Shown one piece after another: positions 40,284 through 51,846 of a stretch of DNA of 64,000 nucleotides (position 1 is its first letter; each line of letters opens with the position of its first letter). The translations under genes were made by a program, and so were the position numbers. The DNA is from Octopus sinensis. Lineage: Eukaryota. Under the pieces are notes generated by a model. It saw only the letters and a program-made list of their open reading frames with translations. It was not told the origin of the DNA and ran no database searches. The stretch spans positions 166,470,001-166,534,000 of the forward strand of contig NC_042999.1 in assembly GCF_006345805.1 (NCBI RefSeq), read 5' to 3'.

Positions 40284-40704
40284 TGATGTTTCATCACTCC
40301 CTGTCACTTTCCTTTATGTTTTAAATAACATTGTCATTCAATGAATTTATTTCACAGTTCAAAGTTGTTCGAGAAATTAAGAAATTGTATATTTTTTATT
40401 ATTATTATTTGGTGAAAGGAATGCTAAACTTGAGTAATCAGAAGAAACTGAAAATAGTTTGGGAGATAAGTTTCTATGTTTTGAAATCATTTCACAGCTG
40501 CAGAGAACAATAGCTGGCAGAGATGGAGGACAGTACGCTCCCAGCATCCCATCATTCATGTGTCCCTGAAAAGATAATGCAACTTTCAAGGCTTCTTGAT
40601 GACAGGACCAAAAAAAAAGAGAAAAAAGAGACCATTATCTTTACTTCCAGTGATTTCATGTATTCTTTTCTGATAAAGAAAAAGATATATTTCTCTTATT
40701 CTTT

Positions 40705-41050
40705 TACATGCTTCAGTGATTTGACAGCAGCCATGCTGGAGCACTGCTTCAAAAGGTTTTAGTTGAAGAAATTAACACCAGGACTTATTCTTTGTAAGCT
40801 TAATACTTATTCTATTGGTCTCTTTACTGAACTGCTAAGTTACGGGGGATGTAAACACATAATCATCAGTTGTCAAGCAATGGGACAAACACACATAAAT
40901 GTATATGACTAGCTTCTTTCAGTTTCTGTCTACCAAATCCACTCACAAGGCTTTGGTCAAGGCTAGAGAAGAAGATACTTGCCCAAGGTGCCACGCAGTG
41001 GGGCTGAACCCAGAACCATGTGGTAGGGAAGCAAACTTCTCACCACATGT
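40705..41050 (-). mobile_element. SINE family A, older copy
   Basis: Diverged reverse-complement copy. Confidence 0.8.
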
Positions 41051-41149
41051 GCATAGTTTAAACATTATATATTTTCTGAGGAATTAATCTAAATTTTATT
41101 TTGTTTTGTTTATATACTTTTAGCATATATATATATATATATATATATA

Positions 41150-42205
41150 CTAGCTGAAGGTGACCCACTCTACGCGCGGGTCACCTTCAGCACGTAAAAA
41201 GCACCAACCGATCATGGCCGCTGCCCTGTGCCGGCGGCACGAAAAAAGCACCCACTACGCTCACAGAGTGGTTGGTTTAGGAAGGGCATCCACCTGTAGA
41301 AACACTGCCAGATCAGACTGGAGTCTGGTGCAGCCTCCTGGCTTCCCAGATCCCGGTCAAACTGTCCAACCCGGCTAGCACGGAAAATGGACGTTAAACG
41401 ATGATGATGATGATGATTCTCCCTCTTTGTTTCTCTCTCACTTAACCCACTCTCTTACTCTTCCTCTCTCGGACTCTCCTCGCTTTCTCTTATTCTCTAT
41501 CTTTATCTATCTCTCTCCATTTATAAACAACAAAAGATCTTGAGTAAGTTGAGAAATAAAATATTTAGAAAGATCAATCATAAAATCATGCAGTGTAACA
41601 ACGGAAAGGTCTGCTTCAAGGCAGACAGCAAAACACTAACATTTAAAAGGGACAGACGAACTTGCGAGCTGATAAAAATAATAAAATATTGGAAACCAAA
41701 GTTTGAAGGGATAGAATTTGAGGATAGTAGAGTCACCATGGCTGGCATTTCTTAACGACGGACAGCAACGTTTTGACAGTTTAACAGCTGGCGTAAAATT
41801 TTGAACTTGATGTAAAAGAAAATCCCTAAACACCAAGTTTTGAAGTGATTCTTTCTCACGACAGTAGACTCACCATGGCAAGCATTCAAAACTTCTTGAT
41901 CATGGACGGCAACACATTGACGAGTAAAAGGCTGGCGCAAATTTTTTAGCTTGATGTAACAGAAAATTCCTAAACACCCGCTCCTTTAAATTTTAAATCC
42001 CCTTCAGACCCCTTTACACATTTTGGTTAATATAACCCGATTTCATTCGGGTCTACTGGGGCCACATTTTATAAGATGAGGAATTTTGTCCTAGAGGTCA
42101 CGCCTTTCATTTGAGGAAAAAAAATAGTTGTCATGCAAACTTGCCAGCACTTTTAACATAGGTCTGCATATTTTCAGCTCAACCGACCACATAATGCACA
42201 CATTA
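41150..42205 (-). mobile_element. Putative second Helitron-like element containing an RTE 3' tail (41190-41417) and a ~140-bp internal tandem duplication
   Basis: CTAG at 41150-41153 overlapping a perfect 14-bp hairpin (41153-41191); duplicated blocks at ~41715-41850 and ~41855-41985; distal boundary uncertain. Confidence 0.45.
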
Positions 42206-42399
42206 TATATATATATATGTATATATGTGTGTGTGTTGGAGTCTCTCTCATACGTGAGCGTTGACGCTGAATTCAACTGGTAAGCAGGTAACCTTGTCTT
42301 TGTTGAAATAGTTGTGAGCTGCTGGAGTTATTTCTCTGATGGGTAATAGGAATTTCCATATCCTCCGAGGAAACGAACTGTTGACCCAGACAATTAGAA

Positions 42400-42900
42400 T
42401 TAATTTTAATAAAAGCATCAATTTAAGAAAAAATAATAAAGTAGTAAAAAATGAAAATTTAGCACGAAAAATTTGCAGGGTTCTAAATAAATGTTAAAAT
42501 GTAATAGATACGAAAAACCTACGTTATCACCAGAACACGAACGCTCGTTGGTGTGTTCTGTTTGTATTTGCTCCATCGGCGCGTTGACAGGCAGACAATA
42601 GAATGCGATGGCGAGATTCATAATATTTGTTGTCATGATTGTGTATTAGTGGTGGCGATGATAATTCTCTCTATGAATGCAGACAGATACATAAAAGAAG
42701 GCCGTTTGACGAAGTGAAAGTGATGGGAAGGTAGGAAATAGAGTGAGTGAAAAAGTGCTGGGAAGGGAGGAAATAGCGTGAGTGAGTGAGGAAGACAGAT
42801 ATATTAAAGAATGGGAGTGGACTTGTCAAAGTGGGTTTTTGGCCCTAGCAACGACACCTTTTAAGATAGGGATTTCTAACGTAGCCCACGGGCATCATCA
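42400..42900 (+). mobile_element. Fragment related to the interior of the 48537-51494 inverted-repeat element
   Basis: Shares GACAGG(C/T)AGACAATAGAATGCGATGGCGA and GAGTGAGTGAAAA..GGAAG..AAATAGCG with 48825-48970. Confidence 0.5.
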
Positions 42901-43061
42901 CCTCATTTTACATGTCCCTGTAAATTTTGGAGTCAATCCGACGGGATGTAGTGGCCTTGAAAGCGATCTAAGTGGTCCAAACGCATTTCAGTTTTATATA
43001 TAGAGATATATATATATATATATGTGTGTGTGTATGTATATCTATATATATATATATTATA

Positions 43062-43212
43062 TTACTTGTTTCAGTCATTTGATTGTGGCCATGCTGGAGC
43101 ACCACCTTGAAGGGCTTTTTAGTTTGAACAAATCAACCCCCAAGACTTCTTTTAAAGCGTAGTACTTATTCTGTTGGCCTCTTTGCCAAACCACTAAGTT
43201 ACAAGGACATAA

Positions 43213-43257
<45 letters not shown>

Positions 43258-43398
43258 TACATACAATGGGCTTTTCAGTTTCTGTCTACCAAAGCCTAAA
43301 GTAGAAGACACTTGTCCAAGGCACCATGCAGTGGGGCTGAACCCAAAACCATGTGGTTGGGAAGCAGGCTTCTTACCACACAGCCACACCTGCACCTA
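43062..43398 (-). mobile_element. SINE family A, older copy
   Basis: Diverged reverse-complement copy with an internal deletion. Confidence 0.8.
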
Positions 43399-43916
43399 TA
43401 TATATATACAAATATACATATACAAGGCCTTTCATATCTAAAATGTTTAAAGAATATTCAAATATTTACAAGCTTTTTCCAAAGAAGCTTTCATTGTAAT
43501 AAACTGCAAAGTTTCGATGGTCAAATTGTAGAAGAATGACTTTAGAATCAACTGTCATAATAATTTACAAAAGTAGGAATGAAAAAAATATATGGCATTT
43601 TAAGAGAAAGCTCTTGAATAAGTTTATGCCGTAAAATTTGGTTGGAGCAATAGACAAAATATAAGACAAGAAAAATGATTTTTTCTCAGTTAACAAAATC
43701 TGAATTAACAAATCAAGCAATCCATTTCATAGTATCAATTTTATATAGATGTACATTAAGTTAATATTTGAATTTGCAGGAATATATTTGGACATAGACC
43801 TGCACATGTGTATGTGTGTGTAAGCATGCATGCGAGTGAAAACACACATATGCACATACTATTCACAATATTTATATATAAAAGATTTTTTACAAATATT
43901 TTCATAAAAATCGATA

Positions 43917-45176
43917 TCAATCTTTTGCTGAAGAGTCTTTCACTTTCAGCCTTAAGGTTAATTTTCGGCCATTTGAACTACTCTCACCCTCCTTGCAATA
44001 CATACGACTGTTATTTTCTTCAAGATACTTATATTTGTCTCTATTACTTTTTTGACCCTGTTTCTTACGTTTGCTGGGTTTAGATTTTTTATGTCGTTCT
44101 GTTCTTTGAAAATTGTCAGTTTTTGTTTTAGGGTCTTTTTCGTTTTTGACTAGGTGTGATTTATTTGGAATTTTAGTAATAACTAGTTTGATTCCAGCAT
44201 TAGATTTTACAGTTCTTGCAACGATTTGTGTCTCTTTGTCAAAAGAATTATTATCATCTTCGCTATCATCATCAGAATCATCATCTGAATTATCATCCTC
44301 ATCCTCATCCTCATCATCTGAATTATCATCCTCATCCTCGTCCTCCTCATCATCATTAACAGAAGCTGGAGATGCGACATAACCTGGAGCAGCCGACTGT
44401 TCACACTTCCACTGCTTGTCAGGATGACGTGATTCGGCGTGACGTCCTTGAGATGACTGAAGTTCACAACGCTTATCTTTCTGGAGTTTTTCCAAATGTT
44501 TTCTTCGGAGTCGTTCAGATTCTAATCGTTCCCTTTCCTGCTGCTCTCGCTCCAGTCGCTCCTGTTCTTTACGTCGCTCTGCTTCAAGCCGTTCTTGTTC
44601 TTCAGTCTCTTTCTTTATCTCAGCTATGAAACGTTCTCGCATGGTATTCCACATATACTCACCTGACAGGTTAGTTTCATATAATTTTACAAGGTTTTCA
44701 CATTTGGGAGGCCTATTAATATGTTTAAAATCAAGAATAGGCAACTTGCTTGATAACATATCACCAAAATATTCATAAAACTCTAAATATATATCTTTTG
44801 GAGACCTTCGAGTGGAAGTTGGCTTGACTTCATCTTTAGAATTATTAGAAATAGTTGATGGTATCAAGTCCATTGGTTCTTCTTTGAAATACATGTAAGG
44901 TGCCCGTGATTTCAATTTATCTTCCTTTTTACTACCAATTAAGCCTGAATGGAGTGAATCCATCGGTTCTTCTTTGAAAAAGTGATGTGGAGAAGATTTT
45001 AATTTATCATTTTTTGAGTCATTTCCCGACTCAGAATGGTTGAGATCTGTTGCTTCCTCCTTGATGTGCTGTTGTAGTTGCAAAGGTAATGAAATTGTCT
45101 GTGGCAACTCTTTCGGATGAATAGTCTGAGACTGAACATCACGGAGGAAATTTTTCATAATATATTCAGCAGCAAG
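43917..45176 (-). CDS. TAF6L: TAF6L terminal coding exon (LAAEYIMKNF... to stop, 419 aa)
   Basis: TTTTTAG acceptor (plus-strand CT at 45177-45178), phase 0, in frame with the 413-aa ORF. LAAEYIMK and DIYLEFYEYFGDML resemble, from memory, vertebrate TAF6L VAVERLLK and DIYRELYAFFGDSL. Confidence 0.9.
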   Translation of the reverse strand, partial: LAAEYIMKNFLRDVQSQTIHPKELPQTISLPLQLQQHIKEEATDLNHSESGNDSKNDKLKSSPHHFFKEEPMDSLHSGLIGSKKEDKLKSRAPYMYFKEEPMDLIPSTISNNSKDEVKPTSTRRSPKDIYLEFYEYFGDMLSSKLPILDFKHINRPPKCENLVKLYETNLSGEYMWNTMRERFIAEIKKETEEQERLEAERRKEQERLEREQQERERLESERLRRKHLEKLQKDKRCELQSSQGRHAESRHPDKQWKCEQSAAPGYVASPASVNDDEEDEDEDDNSDDEDEDEDDNSDDDSDDDSEDDNNSFDKETQIVARTVKSNAGIKLVITKIPNKSHLVKNEKDPKTKTDNFQRTERHKKSKPSKRKKQGQKSNRDKYKYLEENNSRMYCKEGESSSNGRKLTLRLKVKDSSAKD

Positions 45177-46284
45177 CTAAAAAGAGATAAAAACATATAC
45201 ATATGTAAGAATACTTTTCACAAGAACACTGGAAGTCCCGAAGGCATTTTCCATACATTTAACAGTTAAATACATATGATCAATAGTTCTAAATGTGTTT
45301 GGTAAGTTATGGTCAAACATGTCCATTCACTCCCACCACAAAAACAAAACCCCAGATGTTTTACAATGGTGATATTAATTACTCCAAAATCAGAATAACT
45401 AAAAAGTAAGTTCACTTATTCCAGGCACATAACAAATCCATTTGGGAGAAGCTGTTTTAAAATACCTATTTCAATAATTTATGCAATTGCCTGCATAAAA
45501 CCTGTGCAGGGAGTTTAGGCCTTCCCGCTGAATATAAATCTACTCTACCTATATCAGCAATGACATGATTACTGTCTGAATGGAAATCTGCAGATATCAA
45601 AAGAAATCATGCAACAACAATGAACTCTATGCAAAGCCAAATCAACTTTGTGCATCTATGTACTTACTTGAGCTGTTAAAATCAGCAGCCAGATCTCCTT
45701 CAAATCAAATTTTACTGTCTAAGGAAAAAGAAGGAAGTACACACTGGATATTGTGGTCCTACATACATTTGGAAAAAACATGATGGTCACAGATGGAATG
45801 CTTGTGATCATGAATTCATTTGACCAGGCTGACCTGGGGCTAAACAACATTTAATAGGGAGTCATGCTTAGTGCTGAGAAAGCACAAACATGGTGGAAAT
45901 ATTTTGAGAAATATTTTTTAGATGATTTAATTCCAACACTGCTAAGCACCATACAACAGAATTTCCAACTATGACCATCTAGATATAATAGCCAAATCAC
46001 AATCTACATCTTAATAAAAGGGAAAGACAAGGGACAATATAGTATCAGATGTAGAAAATGGCAGGATGGTCATAGTTGGAATGATTTGATCAGATGTTTA
46101 CTGCATTAAATACCAAAACATCAATCAGTCTCATTCTTCTACTTAGGAAAGTAGAGCATCATGTTCAGACATAGAAATGTTGGTGACAAGACACAGACTC
46201 AAATATACAGAGAGTTCCAAGGCAAATTCATTGAGTGAGAATCAAACAAAAAGAGAACATTTTTCCAAGTTAGTAAGAAATTAA

Positions 46285-46494
46285 CTCTTTAGCCATATGG
46301 CCATATGCAACCCAAATAGTCTACTAGCTTTATGGTGAAACTGACCAGACATGATCTTTCACACCTATTCTACAATGCAATTCTAAAAATAAATAACCAC
46401 ATTATCTAAATCTAACATCCACAAGATAATGCATGATCAATTCAAAATAATTTGAAAAAATAAACGTTGACAGAATAATCTGAACGCTAAAGGG
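46285..46494. mobile_element. TTAA-flanked MITE (family 2)
   Basis: TTAA|CTCTTTAGC...GCTAAAGGG|TTAA; a related copy at ~55509-56230 is split by the retrozyme-like insertion. Confidence 0.7.
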
Positions 46495-47181
46495 TTAAAG
46501 ATGAAATGATGATTTATTATATCTGAGTTCATAGCTTACAGATTGAATGATATTCCCTTTTTACTATAAGCACAAGGTTTGGTACAAAATGAATAATGTT
46601 AAAAAAAGTTTACTAAGCTGACAGATCACAGGTTTTAACAGAGAGAGAGAGAGAGTGTGTGTGACTTTCCAAGCAAGAGATTAGCACTTCATCCACTTAG
46701 TCATTGTAAAATTGTGGCAAATATTCTTTTACTTGATTTAGTCATTTAGCTGCAGCCATGCTTGAGCACCGCCTTTTAGTTGAAGAAATCAACCCCAGGG
46801 CTTATTCTATCAGTCTCTTTTGCCAAACTGCTAAGTTACAGGGACATAAACACACCAACATCAGTGTCAAGCGATGGTGGGAGGACAAACACAGACACGT
46901 ACATTTCTGTAAATTAAATTGAACCCAACGGAACTGTTGCTAGTTTAGGGATAACAAGATGAATAAAATTAGGGAATAAATTTAAGGTTTGAAAAATAAA
47001 AGATGTAGACAAATTATAAGACAATTGTATATAGAATGAAGGATGATAACACTTTGTAAGATGCGTTGAAAAAAAATAAGATGAAAGGTAGAGAGTAAGA
47101 CAACGATGGCTGATATCTAAATATTAATAGATTTACTTAATAAGGAATGGAAAGCATGAAAATATCAGAAAAAAATAGAGA

Positions 47182-47183
<2 letters not shown>

Positions 47184-47226
<43 letters not shown>

Positions 47227-47357
47227 TTAGCATCCGCTTTCCATGCTAGCATGGGTTGGACGGTTCAACTGGGGTCTGGGAAGCCAGAAGGCTGCACCAG
47301 GCACAGTCTGATCTGGCAGTGTTTCTACGGCTGGATGCCCTTCCTTAACGCCAAATA
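47184..47357 (-). mobile_element. RTE 3' tail fragment with long (CAT)n
   Basis: Reverse complement of the RTE terminus. Confidence 0.85.
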
Positions 47358-47489
47358 ATAAAAATGTCGGAAAAGAGGTAAAAAGTTTGAAGGTAGATAT
47401 ATTTAGTGAGAAATAGTCAAAAAGTTTATAAGCAATGGAGGCTAAGAGATGATGGTTCAGCAGAATCAGGTAAGTTCTAGGAATGTCAC

Positions 47490-47719
47490 TATAAATACTC
47501 TCTTTTACTCTTTTAATTGTTTCAGTCATTTGACTGCGGCCATGCTGGAGCACCGCCTTTAGTCGAGCAAATTGACCCCGGGACTTTATTCTTGGAAAGC
47601 CCAGTACTTATTCTATCGGTCTCTTTTGCCGAACCGCTAAGTCACGGGGACGTAAACACACCAGCATCGGTTGTCAAGCAATGCTAGGGGGACAAACACA
47701 GACACACAAACACACACAC

Positions 47720-47750
<31 letters not shown>

Positions 47751-47904
47751 CATGACAGGCTTCTTTCAGTTTCCGTCTACCAAATCCACTCACAAGGCAT
47801 TGGTCGGCCCGGGGCTATAGTAGAAGACACTTGCCCAAGATCCCACGCAGTGGGACTGAACCCGGAACCATGTGGTTGGTTAGCAAGCTACTTACCACAC
47901 AGCC
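47490..47904 (-). mobile_element. SINE family A (left member of a head-to-head pair)
   Basis: Near full-length reverse copy. Confidence 0.92.
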
Positions 47905-47948
47905 TAATGATGAATTGGAAGTAATGATAAAAAATAATTGTGAATAAT

Positions 47949-48357
47949 AGGCGCAGGAGTGGCTGTATGGTAAGTAGCTTGCTAACCAACCACATGGTTC
48001 CGGGTTCAGTCCTACTACGTGGCACCTTGGGCAAGTGTCTTCTACTATAGCCTCGGGCCGACCAAAGCCTTGTGAGTGGATTTGGTAGACGGAAACTGAA
48101 AGAAGCCCGTCGTATATATGTATATATATATATGTATGTGTGTGTGTTTGTATGTCTGTGTTTGTCCCCCTAGCATTGCTTGACAACCGATGCTGGTGTG
48201 TTTATGTCCCCGTTACTTAGCGGTTCGGCAAAAGAGACCGATGGAATAAGTACTGGGCTTACAAAATAATAAGTCCCGGGGTCGAGTTGCTCGATTAAAG
48301 GTGGTGCTCCAGCATGGCCGCAGTCAAATGACTGAAACAAGTAAAATAGTAAAAGAG
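47949..48357 (+). mobile_element. SINE family A (right member of a head-to-head pair)
   Basis: Full-length forward copy 44 nt from the left member. Confidence 0.92.
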
Positions 48358-49044
48358 AATAAGTGTTACTATTAGAGTTTTAAAAAAATGTGAATGGAAC
48401 GGGAACATTAGTAACAAAAGATGAAAGCTGTATCTGTAAGACTTGTGTCATATTACAAAAATACTAACTATAAAATGTTTCAAAATGAACAAAATTAAGT
48501 TACATGGAGATAAAACATTAGAAATGTGAACAATATATCTCTTATAATAAAAGGCAGATTTTATCTGCCTCCCTTTGTCAGTTATAGAAATCTACAATAT
48601 AGGATTTCTTCAATTACAATTTACCTAGCATTTTTAAGAGTAGAATGCATCGGGTCATGCCAGGTCCAGTTTTTAAAATTTAAACTCCAATTACAAAATT
48701 TACAGAAAACTCACATTCTGGTGTGTATGTCAAATGCTTTTCTTAGTCTGGTTTACAGCACACGCAAACGCACACACACAGTGTGCAACGAATAAAATGA
48801 AACTAATTCACTGTGTGTGTGTTGACAGGTAGACAATAGAATGCGATGGCGATGGCGATGTAATATTTGTTTCTGTCTATCACGCTGATAGATACATGAG
48901 TAAAATGTATGGCAAGCTAAGAGATAAGAGTGAGTGAAAATGTTCTTGGAAGAGAGTAAATAGCGACAGAGTGATTTGGGGAAGACTAAACTGAAAGTAT
49001 GAAACAGTGTTTATGTATAAACAGACGACACTTATATATAGTTA

Positions 49045-49438
49045 CTAGCAGTATCGCCCGGCGTTGCTCGGGTTTGTAAGGGAAATAATTATATAAGCAT
49101 TTTTAGAGATGTAAAGTATAATAGCCATCTCAATATGGCTAACCACAAAGGGGGAGGGGTGTTACTGTAGCTTTTTACGTTCTGAGATTTAATAATAAAT
49201 TTTAGAGAGTTACTTCCCTTATATATGTCAAAAATGGATTAAAAATGGGAAAAATCGATGGTAAATTTTTTTTAAATCGTAGACTCATCGTAGACGCGCG
49301 CTAATACCCAGACGGTCTCGATATGAATCACGACTATAAGATACCCGGTTTTGGTTAAACTGCACCGCAAAATGTGGGAGTAGTTAGGAATCTAAATCGT
49401 AGGAGAAAGACACACAACCTCACTTTTATATATAAAGA
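49045..49438 (-). mobile_element. Non-autonomous Helitron, copy 2
   Basis: TC...CTAG termini between A and T on the minus strand; homologous to 12149-12544. Confidence 0.85.
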
Positions 49439-49482
49439 TTCCTCTATTTACATAATATTGAGGTCTCTTTCTTTTTTTACCA

Positions 49483-49535
<53 letters not shown>

Positions 49536-49539
49536 TATA

Positions 49540-49866
49540 TATAGTTACAGAGATGTACTTGCATAGCAAGTGACTTGATCTGAGATCGTGTGCTGGAACG
49601 AAAACAGTTGCAGCGTTGAAGGTGTTTATAAGCCATTTAAGAAACACACAAAAACCGTTAGATTCACTTCAACATTTAAATTTAATTTGTCAAAATATTT
49701 TCGTCGCTTTGAGACCGCGACCTGTTAGCACGATATTTTTGTCAGTGAACAGGTCGCGGTCTCAAAGCGAGGAAAATATTTTGGCAAATTAAATTTAAAT
49801 GTTGAAGTGAATCTAACGGTTTTTGTGTGTTTCTTAAATGGCTTACAAACACCTTCCACGCTGCAA
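49540..49866. mobile_element. Foldback hammerhead-bearing element (family H2)
   Basis: 119-bp inverted arms (49608-49726 and 49748-49866) with 4 mismatches counted by eye; flanked by (TA)n on both sides. Confidence 0.8.
49738..49788 (+). ncRNA. Minimal hammerhead-like ribozyme H2 with a G3-C8 swapped core
   Basis: Stem I UUUGUCA/UGGCAAA; core GUGAACA 49745-49751; extra G; stem II GUCGC/GCGA(G, C in the other arm); GAA; palindromic stem III AAUAUU; triplet UUU (cut after 49781). Confidence 0.7.
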
Positions 49867-49904
49867 TATATATATACACACATATATATATATGTATGTA
49901 TGTA

Positions 49905-50165
49905 TGTATGTGTGTATATGTGTATGCATGTATGTGTGTGTGTGTGCATGTCTGTGCTTGTGATTGTCCTCCACCACTGCTTGACAACGAATGTTGGTTT
50001 GTTTACATCCCTGTCACCTAGTGGTTTGACAAAGGAAACAGATAGAACAAGTACAATGCTTACAAAAATAAAACGAGTTGATTCATTAAACTACAATTCT
50101 TCAAGGCATTGCCCCAGCATGGCCACAGACCAATGGCTGGAAAAAGCAGAAGAATAAAAGAATAC
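49905..50165 (+). mobile_element. SINE family A, 3' half, old
   Basis: Diverged tail. Confidence 0.7.
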
Positions 50166-50224
50166 ATTCTCTGCTTTGGTCATATGTTGAAGGCATGAGA
50201 AAGCTTGAGTTTACATGAGAAGGC

Positions 50225-50495
50225 CTAACAGACCTGGTAGAAACAGCAGTCAAATCACACCTTACTGTCTTATGTATGTATATATATATGAGCCAATGAG
50301 GGGGACCTCTACATGGTAGCTAGACCTGGTAGAAATAGCAGCCAAATTTCCCCCAAATCACACCTTACTGTCTTATCTATGTATATATGTATGTATGAGC
50401 CTATGAGGGAGACCCCTACATGGCAGCTAGACATGGTAGAAATAGCAGCCAAATCTCCCTCAAATCACACCTTACTGTCTTATGTATGTATATAT
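50225..50495 (+). repeat. Roughly three tandem ~100-bp units of a dispersed repeat, separated by TATG microsatellite
   Basis: GGTAGAAATAGCAGCCAAAT..CAAATCACACCTTACTGTCTTA repeated; single relatives near 11600, 30750, 45680 and 63900. Confidence 0.7.
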
Positions 50496-51846
50496 ATATA
50501 TACATACATGTGTGTATAGATGAATATATAAATACATTTAAATATCTATATACACTTTTGGGCGATCTTTCTGCTTCTTAGAGATAACTTTAGATGTTAT
50601 ATTCGTCCTAAATAACTTTGTATGAATTGAAAAAGTAAATGAATTGAAATTCTAAAAGAAAGGAATTTGTTTACATACATGTGTAAAATGGCAAATGTTT
50701 GTGCAGTTGTCCGATGGAACTGATGTATTATAATGAATAGTCCTTCTCTTGTGAATATTAATTTGATTAATATGAACTGAAAACCAGTGGTGTAGCATAG
50801 GTGATCTTCTAGCAAAAAGGATGACCAGTCTGAATGGGTCGTCCCTGTCACACACACACGCACCTCACACACACCACACACACACACACAGACACACACG
50901 CACACACACACACACACACACACGTTAGCTTACAATGTCTGTTAACAATTGACACTGTCGTATATATTAGCGTGTCTATGTGTCTAATGAGGAAGTGGGA
51001 GTAATAGGCAGAGTAAAGGCTTCAAAGTGAAATGTTAAAATATTGAGTTTTCTCGAATTTTGTCTTAATTGGGGGTGAAATTGAAAGAAATTTTGTATGG
51101 CATGAACCAATGGAAGTTCTTTGAAAAATCATAGGTAAAGTCTAATTGAAGAAATTGTGTGAGGAGTAAATCATTATGTATTTATTTGTTTCTGTTTGCT
51201 GCTTTCTTTTTAAATATTACATCTAGTTTCACTTTATTCGTTGCACACTGTGTGTATGCGTTTGCGTGTGCTGTAAACCAGACTAAGAAAAGCATTTGAC
51301 ATACACACCAGAATGTGAGTTTTCTGTAAATTTTGCTTAATTGGAGTTTAAATTTTAAAAACTGGACCTGGCATGACCCGATGCATTCTACTCTTAAAAA
51401 TGCTAGGTAAATTGTAATTGAAGAAATCCTATATTGTAGATTTCTATAACTTACAAAGGGAGGCAGATAAAATCTGCCTTTTATAATAAGAGATTAATAA
51501 ATGTATGCATCTGTTTAACCCTTTCGTTACCAAACCGCCCGAATTTACCTATTCATATTTAAATGAGAATATCAGAGTAAATCTCTTTAGTACATTCGTG
51601 AAAACACGTATTATACTTCGTAAACACTTCAAATACAGTTTTGTACAAAAATCGAAGTGTAATTTTAATTCCGTGAATTATGGGAGATTTTTTTCCGAAA
51701 TTTGTTCCTATTGTGTTTTCAAAATTTGTAATTCTGACAAAAAATGGAAACGAATTTCATTATATCAAGCAGCGAGTCAGAATTCGAAGGATTTTCTACT
51801 GAAGACCTTCATAAATCTAACTCTATGACTGAAAAAAAAAAAAGCA

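Larger units (their letters stand above)
48537..51494. repeat. ~270-bp inverted repeats (48537-48805 and 51224-51494) enclosing ~2.4 kb of nested repeats
   Basis: Arms are reverse complements with few differences. Each outer end reads A|TCTCTTAT(A/T)ATAAAAGGCAG followed by an AGGCAGAT/ATCTGCCT hairpin. Confidence 0.85.

Noticed and set aside
42340-42400. CTGATGG...GAAAC, a possible fifth hammerhead
   Set aside because: The core has G at position 9 and I could not pair a stem I; left unassigned pending a family consensus.
44113-44629. Plus-strand Ser-rich ORFs
   Set aside because: Antisense shadows of the TAF6L acidic and charged tracts.
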